A stretch of 64,000 nt of DNA from an uncultured Flavobacteriales bacterium (GTDB taxonomy: Bacteria > Bacteroidota > Bacteroidia > Flavobacteriales_D > CAJJDF01): positions 2,458 to 66,457 of the forward strand of contig CALLII010000023.1 in the NCBI GenBank assembly GCA_938009745.1. Direction: 5' to 3'. The translations under genes were made by a program, and so were the position numbers. This document shows positions 1-8,804 of the stretch, piece by piece (position 1 is the first letter of the stretch; the number at the start of each line of letters is the position of its first letter). The notes below the pieces were generated by a model. It did no database searches. It saw nothing but the letters and a program-made list of their open reading frames with translations, and was not told the DNA's origin.

Positions 1-281
1 GTCGTAGGATTGTACCTAATAGTTCTCTTGATATTAAGAGGTTCTTTCAATCCAACCAAACTAGTTTTAGGGTCACTTGGATTGTTAGTACCGGTATAAG
101 GATATTTTAAAGTAATATCTGGAGAATCAATTTCAATATCTCTTTCAAGGTTTTCTTGTTCGTCTGAGTCGAAAAAATTTATGAAGTTAAATTCTCTTTT
201 TTTGGAAAGTCCAAAGAAAAAGAAACCACAAAATCCAATGATTAGAATTGTTCTATATGATATTTTAGAAAGGTTTTTCAA
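1..281 (-). CDS. sprA: 5' end of probable T9SS translocon / cell surface protein SprA (Sov), runs off the window edge; not in ORF track
   Basis: Manual translation from TTG at 281: LKNLSKISYRTILIIGFCGFFFFGLSKK...DITLKYPY...LKEPLNIKRTIRYNPT, open to the edge. It starts 4 nt after the ruvA stop. The ruvA-sprA order and an 'L.YP...L..P.NI....Y.P' N-terminus are typical of Bacteroidota as I recall them. Confidence 0.7.
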   Translation of the reverse strand, partial: MKNLSKISYRTILIIGFCGFFFFGLSKKREFNFINFFDSDEQENLERDIEIDSPDITLKYPYTGTNNPSDPKTSLVGLKEPLNIKRTIRYNPT

Positions 282-284
282 ATG

Positions 285-872
285 TTAAAACGATTTCAAG
301 CTCTTTTTAATTAATACTTCTAAATCTGTAATACTTGGCTCTTTAAGTAAAATAGTGTCTATTGCTTTTTCAGCTGCTTTTTTATCAAATCCTAATACTA
401 CAAGAGCAGATAACGCCTCATTTTTAATTGTATTGTTCATTAAGGCAGAATTGTTTGAGTCAGCATCTGCCGTCTTCAGAATTTTATCTTTTAAGTCCAA
501 AATAATTCTTTGAGCAGTTTTTGCTCCAATACCTTTTATACTAGTGATAGATGTAACATTGCTAGATGCAATGGAAGATACTAATTCACTAGACGTCATA
601 GAAGACAACATCATTCTGGCTGTGTTAGTTCCAACGCCAGAAACTGAAATCAATTGCTTAAACAACTCTCTTTCGGTAGTATCTTTAAAACCATAAAGTG
701 TTTGAGAGTCTTCTTTTACAGAGAAATAAGTGAATAGTTTACAGTTTTCATTATTCCCTAGTTGAGAATATGTTTGTAGTGATATATGTATGAAATAACC
801 TATGCCACCAGTTTCAATAACCACATAGCTAGGGTTTTTCTCCACTAATTTTCCAGAAACATACGTAATCAT
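285..872 (-). CDS. ruvA: Holliday junction branch migration protein RuvA
   Basis: MITYVSGKL start, LYGF, LISVSGVGTNTA and IKGIGAKTAQRIILDLKDK HhH motifs, C-terminal EALSALVVLGF domain III. Confidence 0.97.
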   Translation of the reverse strand: MITYVSGKLVEKNPSYVVIETGGIGYFIHISLQTYSQLGNNENCKLFTYFSVKEDSQTLYGFKDTTERELFKQLISVSGVGTNTARMMLSSMTSSELVSSIASSNVTSITSIKGIGAKTAQRIILDLKDKILKTADADSNNSALMNNTIKNEALSALVVLGFDKKAAEKAIDTILLKEPSITDLEVLIKKSLKSF

Positions 873-943
873 AAAACGAGTTGTAAATAGTGTGCTAAGA
901 TAATAATTTCATTTAGAATGCTTGACCACAAAGTGTAAAAAAC

Positions 944-978
944 AAAAAAGAGAGGCAGAACGCATCTACCTCTCTTTT
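944..978 (-). terminator. Intrinsic terminator of the T9SS cargo gene
   Basis: AAAAGAGAGGCAGA-acgca-TCTACCTCTCTTTT. The C/A mismatch becomes a G-U pair on the minus strand and is followed by a U-tract. Confidence 0.8.
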
Positions 979-998
979 AAAATTATTTAAACTTAAGT

Positions 999-1748
999 TT
1001 ATTTAGTGATAATTACTTTTTCAGTTTTTATCGTTTTATCGTTAGCTAAAACCGATACAAAGTAAATTCCTGGTGTTAATCCAGAAGTGTTTACTCTCAA
1101 TAATTCAGAATCTCTTGTTATTGATTTAGAGTATACTTTTCTACCTGTAATATCCATTATTTCAATGGCTTTATTTATTTCGTTAGAATTTAAGTTAATA
1201 TTTAAAAAGTCAGAAGCAGGATTTGGATAAATACTTAGTTTAGTAACTTTTTCAATTTCATTTACGCTAGCTGTACCAATAACATTATACGTTACATCAA
1301 CCCAAGTACTATCATTAGGGTTGTTTACATCAAACCAAATATACCTAAATGTAGAAGTTCCCCCTAAAGTTTGTGGATAAACGTGTCCTGAGTATATAGT
1401 AGGAGTTGTTGAAACAGGCATTGTTAATGGGTCACTTTCCAATACTGGTGATGTTCCCCAAGTTACACCAATAGTACAAAGGCCCCAACAAATAGCATTT
1501 TCTTGTAATGGCTGGTTTGTTGTAATTTCTCTTTTTCTTACTTTAATTGTTTTGGAAGTTGAATAGGTACTTACAACATCAATTTTGCTCTCCACATCTT
1601 GCAACATGTTAGTAGTAACTGGTTCAGTAATATTAATATTAGTTCCGTTAATAAGTGCTGTTTGATTATGAATTCTTAACTCTATGTTTTGAGCATAAGT
1701 TGCTCCAAATAAAGATATTAAAGAAATAGTAAGTAATTTTTTCATCAT
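999..1748 (-). CDS. T9SS type A sorting-domain (CTD) secreted protein with a CWGLC motif
   Basis: Sec signal peptide (ATYA/Q). C-terminal IYPNPASD...IMDITGRKV...GLTPGIYFV...TEKVIITK is a classic type A CTD. Confidence 0.9.
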   Translation of the reverse strand: MMKKLLTISLISLFGATYAQNIELRIHNQTALINGTNINITEPVTTNMLQDVESKIDVVSTYSTSKTIKVRKREITTNQPLQENAICWGLCTIGVTWGTSPVLESDPLTMPVSTTPTIYSGHVYPQTLGGTSTFRYIWFDVNNPNDSTWVDVTYNVIGTASVNEIEKVTKLSIYPNPASDFLNINLNSNEINKAIEIMDITGRKVYSKSITRDSELLRVNTSGLTPGIYFVSVLANDKTIKTEKVIITK

Positions 1749-1849
1749 GTCTATTGGTTATCTAAATGTTAATCATAAATTTGAAAGAACATATGGCATA
1801 CTATATGCTTACTTTCATATCGAGTAAAAATACTAAAAAAAAAATACAA

Positions 1850-2353
1850 ATGACTAAAACAATTAAAATATCTATTATCACAGGATTAGCTATGTTAGCT
1901 GTGGCTTTCACTTCTCCTAACGAAAAAACAATTCCTACAGTAAACGTAAAAACCTTGCAGGGTAAAACTGTAAGCACTAACATGTTTAAGAATGATGGTA
2001 AACCTATGGTAATTAGTTTTTGGGCAACTTGGTGTAGTCCTTGTAAAAAAGAATTAAATAATATTGCCGAAGTTTATGAAGATTGGCAAGAAGAAACTGG
2101 TGTTAAATTAATTGCAGTATCTATTGATGATGCTAGAAATAAGCATAAAGTAAAGCCTTACGTAGATTCTAAAGGATGGGAATACGAAGTGTATATTGAC
2201 GAGAACCAAGAGTTAAAGAGAGCAATGAATGTAAACAATGTTCCTTTTACTTTTTTAGTTGATGGGAACGGAAAAATAGTATACGAACACAATAATTATG
2301 TTCCAGGAGACGAAGATAATTTATACAAGAAAATTCAGATGTTATCTAAATAA
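1850..2353 (+). CDS. TlpA/ResA-family thiol-disulfide oxidoreductase
   Basis: FWATWCSPC CxxC motif, NVPFTFLVDGNGKIV, N-terminal signal/anchor. Start placed at ATG 1850 rather than the ORF-track 1766. Confidence 0.9.
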   Translation: MTKTIKISIITGLAMLAVAFTSPNEKTIPTVNVKTLQGKTVSTNMFKNDGKPMVISFWATWCSPCKKELNNIAEVYEDWQEETGVKLIAVSIDDARNKHKVKPYVDSKGWEYEVYIDENQELKRAMNVNNVPFTFLVDGNGKIVYEHNNYVPGDEDNLYKKIQMLSK

Positions 2354-2373
2354 CAATTAGATTTTATAATTTT

Positions 2374-2408
2374 AAAAAAAGTGAAGTGAACTACTTCACT
2401 TTTTTTTT
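2374..2408 (+). terminator. Intrinsic terminator (possibly bidirectional)
   Basis: AAAAAAAGTGAAGT-gaact-ACTTCACTTTTTTTT perfect stem with A/T tails, 20 nt after the tlpA-like stop. Confidence 0.85.
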
Positions 2409-2431
2409 GTGCTTAGTTTGTTTCTTATTAC

Positions 2432-2439
2432 TACATTTG
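2432..2439 (+). promoter_or_regulatory. Bacteroidota sigma70 -7 element (TAnnTTTG) for tatA-gatA
   Basis: TACATTTG 21 nt upstream of the tatA ATG, with TTTG further upstream. Confidence 0.6.
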
Positions 2440-2460
2440 TTAAATAAATAACTACAGATT

Positions 2461-2667
2461 ATGAACACAGCTATTATATTAGGAGCAATTGGAACACCTC
2501 AAATCATTCTTGTGGTAGTGGTGGTATTACTTTTATTTGGAGGGAAAAAAATTCCAGAATTAATGAAAGGACTAGGTAGCGGAATCAAAGAATTTAAAGA
2601 TGCCTCTAAGGGCGAAGGTGAAGAGAAAGCCAAAGATTCTGTTGATAATGTATTAGAAGATAAATAA
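2461..2667 (+). CDS. tatA: Twin-arginine translocase TatA/TatE
   Basis: TM helix, then [24 protein letters not shown]. Confidence 0.95.
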   Translation: MNTAIILGAIGTPQIILVVVVVLLLFGGKKIPELMKGLGSGIKEFKDASKGEGEEKAKDSVDNVLEDK

Positions 2668-2677
2668 ACAAACTGCT

Positions 2678-4093
2678 TTGTACGCCAATTTTTCTGAATT
2701 CCAAGACCAATTACTAAGCGGGAAAACTTCCTGTGTAGAAACAGTAGAATACTATTTAAACCAAATTGAGGACAAAAAACATTTAAATGCTTTTTTGGAA
2801 ACATTTGATGAAACTGCTTTGGTAAAAGCAAAGGAGGTTGATGAAAAAATAGCTCAAGGAAATGCTGGGAGACTAGCAGGATTTGTTATTGGAATAAAAG
2901 ATAATATTTGCTACAAAGGCCATAAAGTTTCCTCCTCCTCACAAATTCTTGATGGTTTTGAATCTCTTTTTTCAGCAACTGCTGTTGAAAGATTGTTAGC
3001 AGAAGATGCTATAATCATTGGCCGATTAAACTGTGATGAATTTGCAATGGGAAGTTCCAATGAGAACTCCTCTTTTGGTAATGTACTCAACCCAATTCAA
3101 GAAGATAAAGTACCTGGAGGTTCTTCAGGAGGTTCGGCTGCAGCTGTTGCAGCAGGATTATGTTTAGCAACTTTAGGTTCAGATACCGGAGGTTCTATTA
3201 GGCAACCAGCATCATTTTGTGGCATAGTAGGTGTTAAACCTACTTATGGAAGAATTTCTAGATGGGGACTATTGGCTTACGCATCATCATTTGATCAAAT
3301 TGGTCCACTTACAAATTCGGTTAAAGATGCAGCATTACTAACTGAAGTAATGTCAGGATCGGACGAATTTGATAGCACAGTATCTAAAAAAGAAGTCGAA
3401 AAATTCTCTGAAATAGATTCTTCAACAAAGAAATTAAAAATTGGAATAGCTAAAGAAGTAATCGAAAGTCCTGGTTTGAACCAAGAGATTAAAGATTACT
3501 TTTCTGCATTAATATTAAAATTAAAAGCCGAAGGGCACCAAGTTGATGAGTTTGAATTCCCATACATGGATTATATGGTTCCAACTTATTATGTCTTAAC
3601 TACTGCTGAAGCTTCTTCAAATTTATCTCGTTATGATGGGGTTCATTTTGGCTACAGAAGCCCAAATGCAACTGATATAGAATCTACTTACGTACTTTCA
3701 AGAACAGAAGGTTTTGGTGAAGAGGTTAAAAGAAGAATTATGCTGGGTACTTTTGTTTTGAGTTCAGGATATTTTGATGCTTACTACACTAAAGCAATGA
3801 AAGTAAGACAGGTAATAAAACAAAAAACGGATGAAGTATTCAATGATTTCGATTTTGTAATAGGTCCAACAACACCAGATACAGCATTTAAAATTGGTGA
3901 GAACGTAAAGGATCCAATTACTATGTATTTACAAGATATTTTTACTGTTCACGCAAATATGTCAGGGAACCCTGCTATCTCTTTGCCACTTGGTAATCAT
4001 TCAAATGGAATGCCTTTTGGATTACAAATAATGGCAGATAATTTTAAAGAAAAGGAGCTATTTGATTTCTCTGAAACTCTGATGAATTTATAA
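2678..4093 (+). CDS. gatA: Asp-tRNA(Asn)/Glu-tRNA(Gln) amidotransferase subunit A
   Basis: Amidase signature GIKDN, DEFAMGSS, PGGSSGGS, GSDTGGSIRQPA, SSNLSRYDG, EVKRRIMLGT. TTG start. Confidence 0.95.
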   Translation: MYANFSEFQDQLLSGKTSCVETVEYYLNQIEDKKHLNAFLETFDETALVKAKEVDEKIAQGNAGRLAGFVIGIKDNICYKGHKVSSSSQILDGFESLFSATAVERLLAEDAIIIGRLNCDEFAMGSSNENSSFGNVLNPIQEDKVPGGSSGGSAAAVAAGLCLATLGSDTGGSIRQPASFCGIVGVKPTYGRISRWGLLAYASSFDQIGPLTNSVKDAALLTEVMSGSDEFDSTVSKKEVEKFSEIDSSTKKLKIGIAKEVIESPGLNQEIKDYFSALILKLKAEGHQVDEFEFPYMDYMVPTYYVLTTAEASSNLSRYDGVHFGYRSPNATDIESTYVLSRTEGFGEEVKRRIMLGTFVLSSGYFDAYYTKAMKVRQVIKQKTDEVFNDFDFVIGPTTPDTAFKIGENVKDPITMYLQDIFTVHANMSGNPAISLPLGNHSNGMPFGLQIMADNFKEKELFDFSETLMNL

Positions 4094-4918
4094 ATCAGAA
4101 TAGATAGATGAAGGAATAGTTTTTCCTTTGTACCAAAGTTGGTACCTAAGAGCAGTATCGCGCATTATTCCAATTTTATCACCTTTATATATATCAGATC
4201 CTATTGTAGGTTTAATCTCTGATAAGTCGTAATATGCAGATATTACATTATGTGGGTGCTGGATGAAAATTGAGTTTGAAGTTTTTGATATTACAACTCC
4301 CTCCATGGATGATTTTACTTGAGATTTGTACTTTGCTTTGTAAAAACTTTCATTTAAACCTTGGTTTTCTGTACTTGACATTTCACCTGGAAGAGGTTGT
4401 TCGAAGTTCATCAGATTCTTTAAAATATTTCTGACGAGCTTATCAGAACCATTTAGTTTTTGATTAGCTATTCTCTTTCTAAGAATTGAATCTTCTTGAG
4501 ATCTTTCGAAAATAATATTTTTGTAATCAACAGTAGAATCAGACTTTATTAGTTCATCAATATCTAGTAAAGTAATAGTGTCTTTGTTGTTTAGTATTGA
4601 TTGTAAGTTAGTTATCCACTTATTTCTACTAGCGGTCTTTTGTTCTAACAAAATTACTTTTTCCTGGTTTTCTTTATCAATTTCATATAATTCACTCGCA
4701 TTTTTTGGAAATCCAGGGATAAAATTTCTAAGAGAAGTGTAAGAGATAACGAAATAAAAAATAGTTCCAATAATTAAAAATAAAGCTAAACCAACTAATA
4801 AAGTGCTGCTCTTGGTGAGAGTTAGCGAAAACTTTTGTTCAAAGCTAACAGGGTCTTGAAGAATAAATTTATTCTTAGACTTAAGGTACTTTTTTATTTT
4901 TGCTAGCTTTTCTTTCAT
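4088..4918 (-). CDS. Membrane-anchored M23/LytM-like protein, apparently lacking Zn ligands
   Basis: N-terminal 'FILQDPVSFEQKFSL' plus TM helix plus coiled coil, as in Bacteroidota M23 proteins. The C-terminal fold pattern is present (GVVI, IFIQH, G..I..GDKIG, YQLW..G..I.P) but HxxxD and HxH are absent. Confidence 0.6.
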   Translation of the reverse strand: MKEKLAKIKKYLKSKNKFILQDPVSFEQKFSLTLTKSSTLLVGLALFLIIGTIFYFVISYTSLRNFIPGFPKNASELYEIDKENQEKVILLEQKTASRNKWITNLQSILNNKDTITLLDIDELIKSDSTVDYKNIIFERSQEDSILRKRIANQKLNGSDKLVRNILKNLMNFEQPLPGEMSSTENQGLNESFYKAKYKSQVKSSMEGVVISKTSNSIFIQHPHNVISAYYDLSEIKPTIGSDIYKGDKIGIMRDTALRYQLWYKGKTIPSSIYSDL

Positions 4919-5053
4919 CCGAGAGTTAGAGTCTATTTGAAATCAATAGTTGATTAAAGATAAAATATTTTAATTTATTATCAGTTATAGGGTCAGTTTA
5001 TTGATTAATTTTTACATTTACTCTTTGATTCTTAGCCGAAAGGTTTAATTTTT

Positions 5054-7762
5054 ATGTCTATAAAAGCATCATACATATTTTGGTTTTTAGTTGTAATTAG
5101 TTTTGCGAGTTGTTCTACTGAAAAGAACAAAAGGCTTAACAAGTTCTATCACAACACAACAGCCTATTATAACGGTTACTTTAATGCCCGTGAAATTATT
5201 AAACTCACTAAAAAGGATTTTAATAAAAACACTGTAGAAGATTTTTCGAATATTATTCCTGTTAATAGATATCCAGACGAAGAACAATCAAAAGCATTTT
5301 TCCCCGAAATGAACCGTGTTATCGATAAAACTTCTACGGTAATAAACAAGCATGCAATGCCAAATATTAAAAAAGGTAGAGATGCAAAAAAGGAATATGG
5401 GAAATGGATAGATGAGAATTGGTTAACAATGGGAGTTGGCTATTTTTATAAGCGTGAATATCCTGCAGCTATAGAAAAATTTGAATACATTATTAAAATG
5501 TATCCTAAAGATCCCTCAGTTTATTATGCCAAGTTATGGTTAATGAAAACCTATATTGAAATGGGTGATTACTCTATGGCTCTTAAATATTACAAGGAGA
5601 TTGAAGTGCAAAAAGAGGCTTTTGAATTGAATGAGGCAAGGGAAAAGAAGAAAAAGGCTAGGGGCAAAAAGTATGAAAAGAAAACCAAGAAGAAAAAGAA
5701 GAAAAAGAGATCAAAGGTTAAGGTAACAAAGAAAAGAGAAGAGCTTAAAGAAGAAAAATCTTTTTTAGTTCAGTTTCCAGAAAAAATGAATGCTGATTAT
5801 TACGCTACTATCGCAGATTTTTATTTGAGAAAACAAGAATACGCCAAAGTAGTTGATAATTTAGACAGTGCAATAAATTTTGAAAAGTCAAAACAGCTTA
5901 GGATAAGATATAGCTTTATTCAAGCTCAATTAAGCCAAGAGCTAGGTGATAATGCTAAGGCTTCTGAATTGTATTCCTATGTAATTAAAAAAACGGCTGA
6001 TTATAAAATGGCTTTTTATGCTCGAATAAATAGAGCGTTAATTGCCAATAGCAAAGACAGAGAGAGTTTAAAACAAGAATTATTAGCTTTGGCTAAAGAT
6101 GAAAAATATATTGAGTTTAGAGATCAAATTTATTTTGCTGTAGCAAATATTGAATTGCAAGCTGGCGATAAAGAGGCAGGAGTAATGTACCTCGAAAAAT
6201 CTGCAAGTTATCCTCCATCAAATACAACTCAAAAGGCCAAAACTTTCATGAGATTGGCAGATGTATATTTTGAAGACAAAGAATATATTTCGGCTCAAAA
6301 GTATTATGATAGTACTTTAAGTGAATTAAGTTCTGAGAATCCTAATTATCCTGTGATTCAGGAAAAAAACCAAAGCTTAACAAGATTAGTTGGTTATATC
6401 AACACCATTAATTTACAAGATAGCTTAATGAAAATTGCATCTCTACCTGAAAAGCAAAGAAGAGATATGGCTGAGGATATTTTGTATAAAGAAAAACAAA
6501 GGCAACAGGAATTACTAAGAGAAAAAGAAAATGAAGCTGGATCGGGTCAAGAATCTACCAATGATCTTTTTTCAGGACCAGAAACCACAGGAAGAGTTGG
6601 TAAATTTTGGATGTACAATGAGTCCACCAAAGAAAAAGGGAAGAAAATATTTACAGCCAGATGGGGTGACATTAAATTAGAAGACAACTGGCGAAGATCG
6701 AATAAAGGAACTAGCTCAGTAGACGAAATAGAGCAAATCGGGAATGCACCAATTGTATCTGATAAGGAAATTGATGCCTTTTTGAGTAAATTACCTGTAG
6801 GTGAAGAAAAAATGAAGGAATCTCAACTGTCTATCATTAATGCCAATTATTTAGCAGGATTAATTTATGCTAACATACTTGATAATAATAAAGAAGCTGT
6901 TAAATCATTTGCTGATAATAAAAAAAGATTTCATCCTGAGTCTAAAATAACACCTTCGCTTTACCAGCTTTATAGCACTTATAAAGATTTAGGACAAAGA
7001 GAAGATGAAGTGGCTACAAAGAATTTTATTTTATCAAATTATCCAGAGAGTAAAGAGGCTAAAATTTTACTTGATCCTAATTATGCCAATAAAATGAAAA
7101 AGGGAGAGGAGAAATTTGAAACTGCTTATTTAGAAGTTTTTAATTTGGTGAATGAAGGAAAAAATCAGGTTGCTATTGCAAAAATAGGAACCATATTATC
7201 ATCACCAGACCCTAATCCTTATGAATGTAATTTAATGTTCCTTAAAGCTAAAGCTTATGCCGATATGGGAAATCTAGATAGTTTGGAAGCTGCATTAGCT
7301 AAAGTAGTTGAGACATGTCCAAATACCAGAATAGGAGATATTGCTGAAAAAAATCTAGGGAAATTAAGAAACAAGCAAATTGATATTGAGGAAAATGAGG
7401 GTGTTACATATAAAACATCACCTAATGGAGTTCATTATTTTGCAATAGTACTGCCTTTAAATGCTGATGTAAATACTTTAAAAATTGCGCTTAGTAATTT
7501 CAACAGTTCATCTTTTGATGAGAAAGGACTAAAAACAACTTCTATTGGCTTAAATAAAACAACTCAAACCGTTTTAGTTAAGCAATTTGGTAATATGGCA
7601 GATGCACAAAGTTATTATGTCGCTTTTAAGGTTAACCCTATGATGCAAGCTTTTACTGCAAAATATAAGTATTTTATCATAACTCCCGAAAACTATTCTC
7701 TCCTCTTTCAGAGCAAAGAAATAGAAGAATACTTTAAGTTTTATCAAGCTAATTATTTGTAA
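5054..7762 (+). CDS. sprE: TPR lipoprotein of the T9SS, PorW/SprE family
   Basis: Lipobox FASC followed by STEKN...FYHNTTAYYNGYFNA, multiple TPR-like repeats, 'WG..KLEDNWRRSNK' motif characteristic of PorW/SprE. Confidence 0.8.
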   Translation: MSIKASYIFWFLVVISFASCSTEKNKRLNKFYHNTTAYYNGYFNAREIIKLTKKDFNKNTVEDFSNIIPVNRYPDEEQSKAFFPEMNRVIDKTSTVINKHAMPNIKKGRDAKKEYGKWIDENWLTMGVGYFYKREYPAAIEKFEYIIKMYPKDPSVYYAKLWLMKTYIEMGDYSMALKYYKEIEVQKEAFELNEAREKKKKARGKKYEKKTKKKKKKKRSKVKVTKKREELKEEKSFLVQFPEKMNADYYATIADFYLRKQEYAKVVDNLDSAINFEKSKQLRIRYSFIQAQLSQELGDNAKASELYSYVIKKTADYKMAFYARINRALIANSKDRESLKQELLALAKDEKYIEFRDQIYFAVANIELQAGDKEAGVMYLEKSASYPPSNTTQKAKTFMRLADVYFEDKEYISAQKYYDSTLSELSSENPNYPVIQEKNQSLTRLVGYINTINLQDSLMKIASLPEKQRRDMAEDILYKEKQRQQELLREKENEAGSGQESTNDLFSGPETTGRVGKFWMYNESTKEKGKKIFTARWGDIKLEDNWRRSNKGTSSVDEIEQIGNAPIVSDKEIDAFLSKLPVGEEKMKESQLSIINANYLAGLIYANILDNNKEAVKSFADNKKRFHPESKITPSLYQLYSTYKDLGQREDEVATKNFILSNYPESKEAKILLDPNYANKMKKGEEKFETAYLEVFNLVNEGKNQVAIAKIGTILSSPDPNPYECNLMFLKAKAYADMGNLDSLEAALAKVVETCPNTRIGDIAEKNLGKLRNKQIDIEENEGVTYKTSPNGVHYFAIVLPLNADVNTLKIALSNFNSSSFDEKGLKTTSIGLNKTTQTVLVKQFGNMADAQSYYVAFKVNPMMQAFTAKYKYFIITPENYSLLFQSKEIEEYFKFYQANYL

Positions 7763-7763
7763 A

Positions 7764-8804
7764 ATGAGGATAAAACTATTGTTTTCAATTATTGTTTCTC
7801 TATCAGTTTTAAGCTGTAATGATGACGCTAAATCAGCTATTAATTCAAATGATTTAAAGCCTATAGATTTATCTATAAGTAGGTTAGATCAAGAATTATT
7901 TAAAGCCGATAAATATGAGCTTAAAGCGCTTAATAAGAAGTGGATTACTAATTATGGATTGCTGTACAAATCTTTTATATCAGAAATGTTGAGAGAAGGA
8001 TTACCACAAGATCCAATGATTGTTTTTAGGTTAGAAAAATTTCTAAATGACACTACTATCAATCTTATTTCTAAAGAATTAGACAAGAGTTTTATTGATT
8101 TTTCTCCTTACGAAAAAGAGTTAGAAGAAGGATTTTCACATTATCAATATTACTTTCCAGACAGAATTATTCCTAGAATAGTTACTTTTTATTCCAATTT
8201 TAACGCCCGTACTTTTCCATATAATGATACACTGGCAATTGGTCTGGATTTATTTATTGGAAGAGATAATAAAGTGACAGAAATGTTACCGCCAGACGTA
8301 TTTCCTCAATATATCAAAGATGATATGGATAAGGAATACTTATCAACTGAGAGTATGAAAAGTTGGTTGTACTTTTCGCTTTCCCCAGCCAAAGAGTATG
8401 CAAATAGTGGAGTGTATGCCACTAAAGAAGATTTTCTTTCCTCTATTATTTATCATGGAAAAATGATGTTGGCTTTAGATTTAATGATGCCACATAAACC
8501 AGTTCAAACTAAGTTTAATTACTCTAAAGAAGAAATTGATTGGTGCGAGAAGAATGAGAAGTTTTTATATCAAAATTTAGTTGAGTTTAAACTTATTTAC
8601 TCTACAAACATTAAAGAAATATCAGCTTATATTAATCCGGGTAGTTTCACTCCAGGTTTACCTCAAGACTCTCCAGGAGGTATTGGTAAATGGATAGGAT
8701 ACCGTATGGTTAAGCAATATTACGAAGAGAATAACCTAGATTTATCCGATTTGATAAGCGAAAATGAGGATGCTAGAAAAATATTAAGTTTTTATAGACC
8801 TTAA
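7764..8804 (+). CDS. gldB: Gliding motility lipoprotein GldB family
   Basis: Lipobox VLSC, 'LAIGLDLFIG', 'IIYHGK', 'PGGIGKWIGYRMVKQY'. Confidence 0.8.
   Translation: MRIKLLFSIIVSLSVLSCNDDAKSAINSNDLKPIDLSISRLDQELFKADKYELKALNKKWITNYGLLYKSFISEMLREGLPQDPMIVFRLEKFLNDTTINLISKELDKSFIDFSPYEKELEEGFSHYQYYFPDRIIPRIVTFYSNFNARTFPYNDTLAIGLDLFIGRDNKVTEMLPPDVFPQYIKDDMDKEYLSTESMKSWLYFSLSPAKEYANSGVYATKEDFLSSIIYHGKMMLALDLMMPHKPVQTKFNYSKEEIDWCEKNEKFLYQNLVEFKLIYSTNIKEISAYINPGSFTPGLPQDSPGGIGKWIGYRMVKQYYEENNLDLSDLISENEDARKILSFYRP

Noticed and set aside
1835-1844. A10 tract (and the A-rich run upstream of gldL at about 18165-18185) as a phase-variation site
   Set aside because: The tracts are intergenic in a very AT-rich genome where A-rich leaders are normal for Bacteroidota translation initiation.
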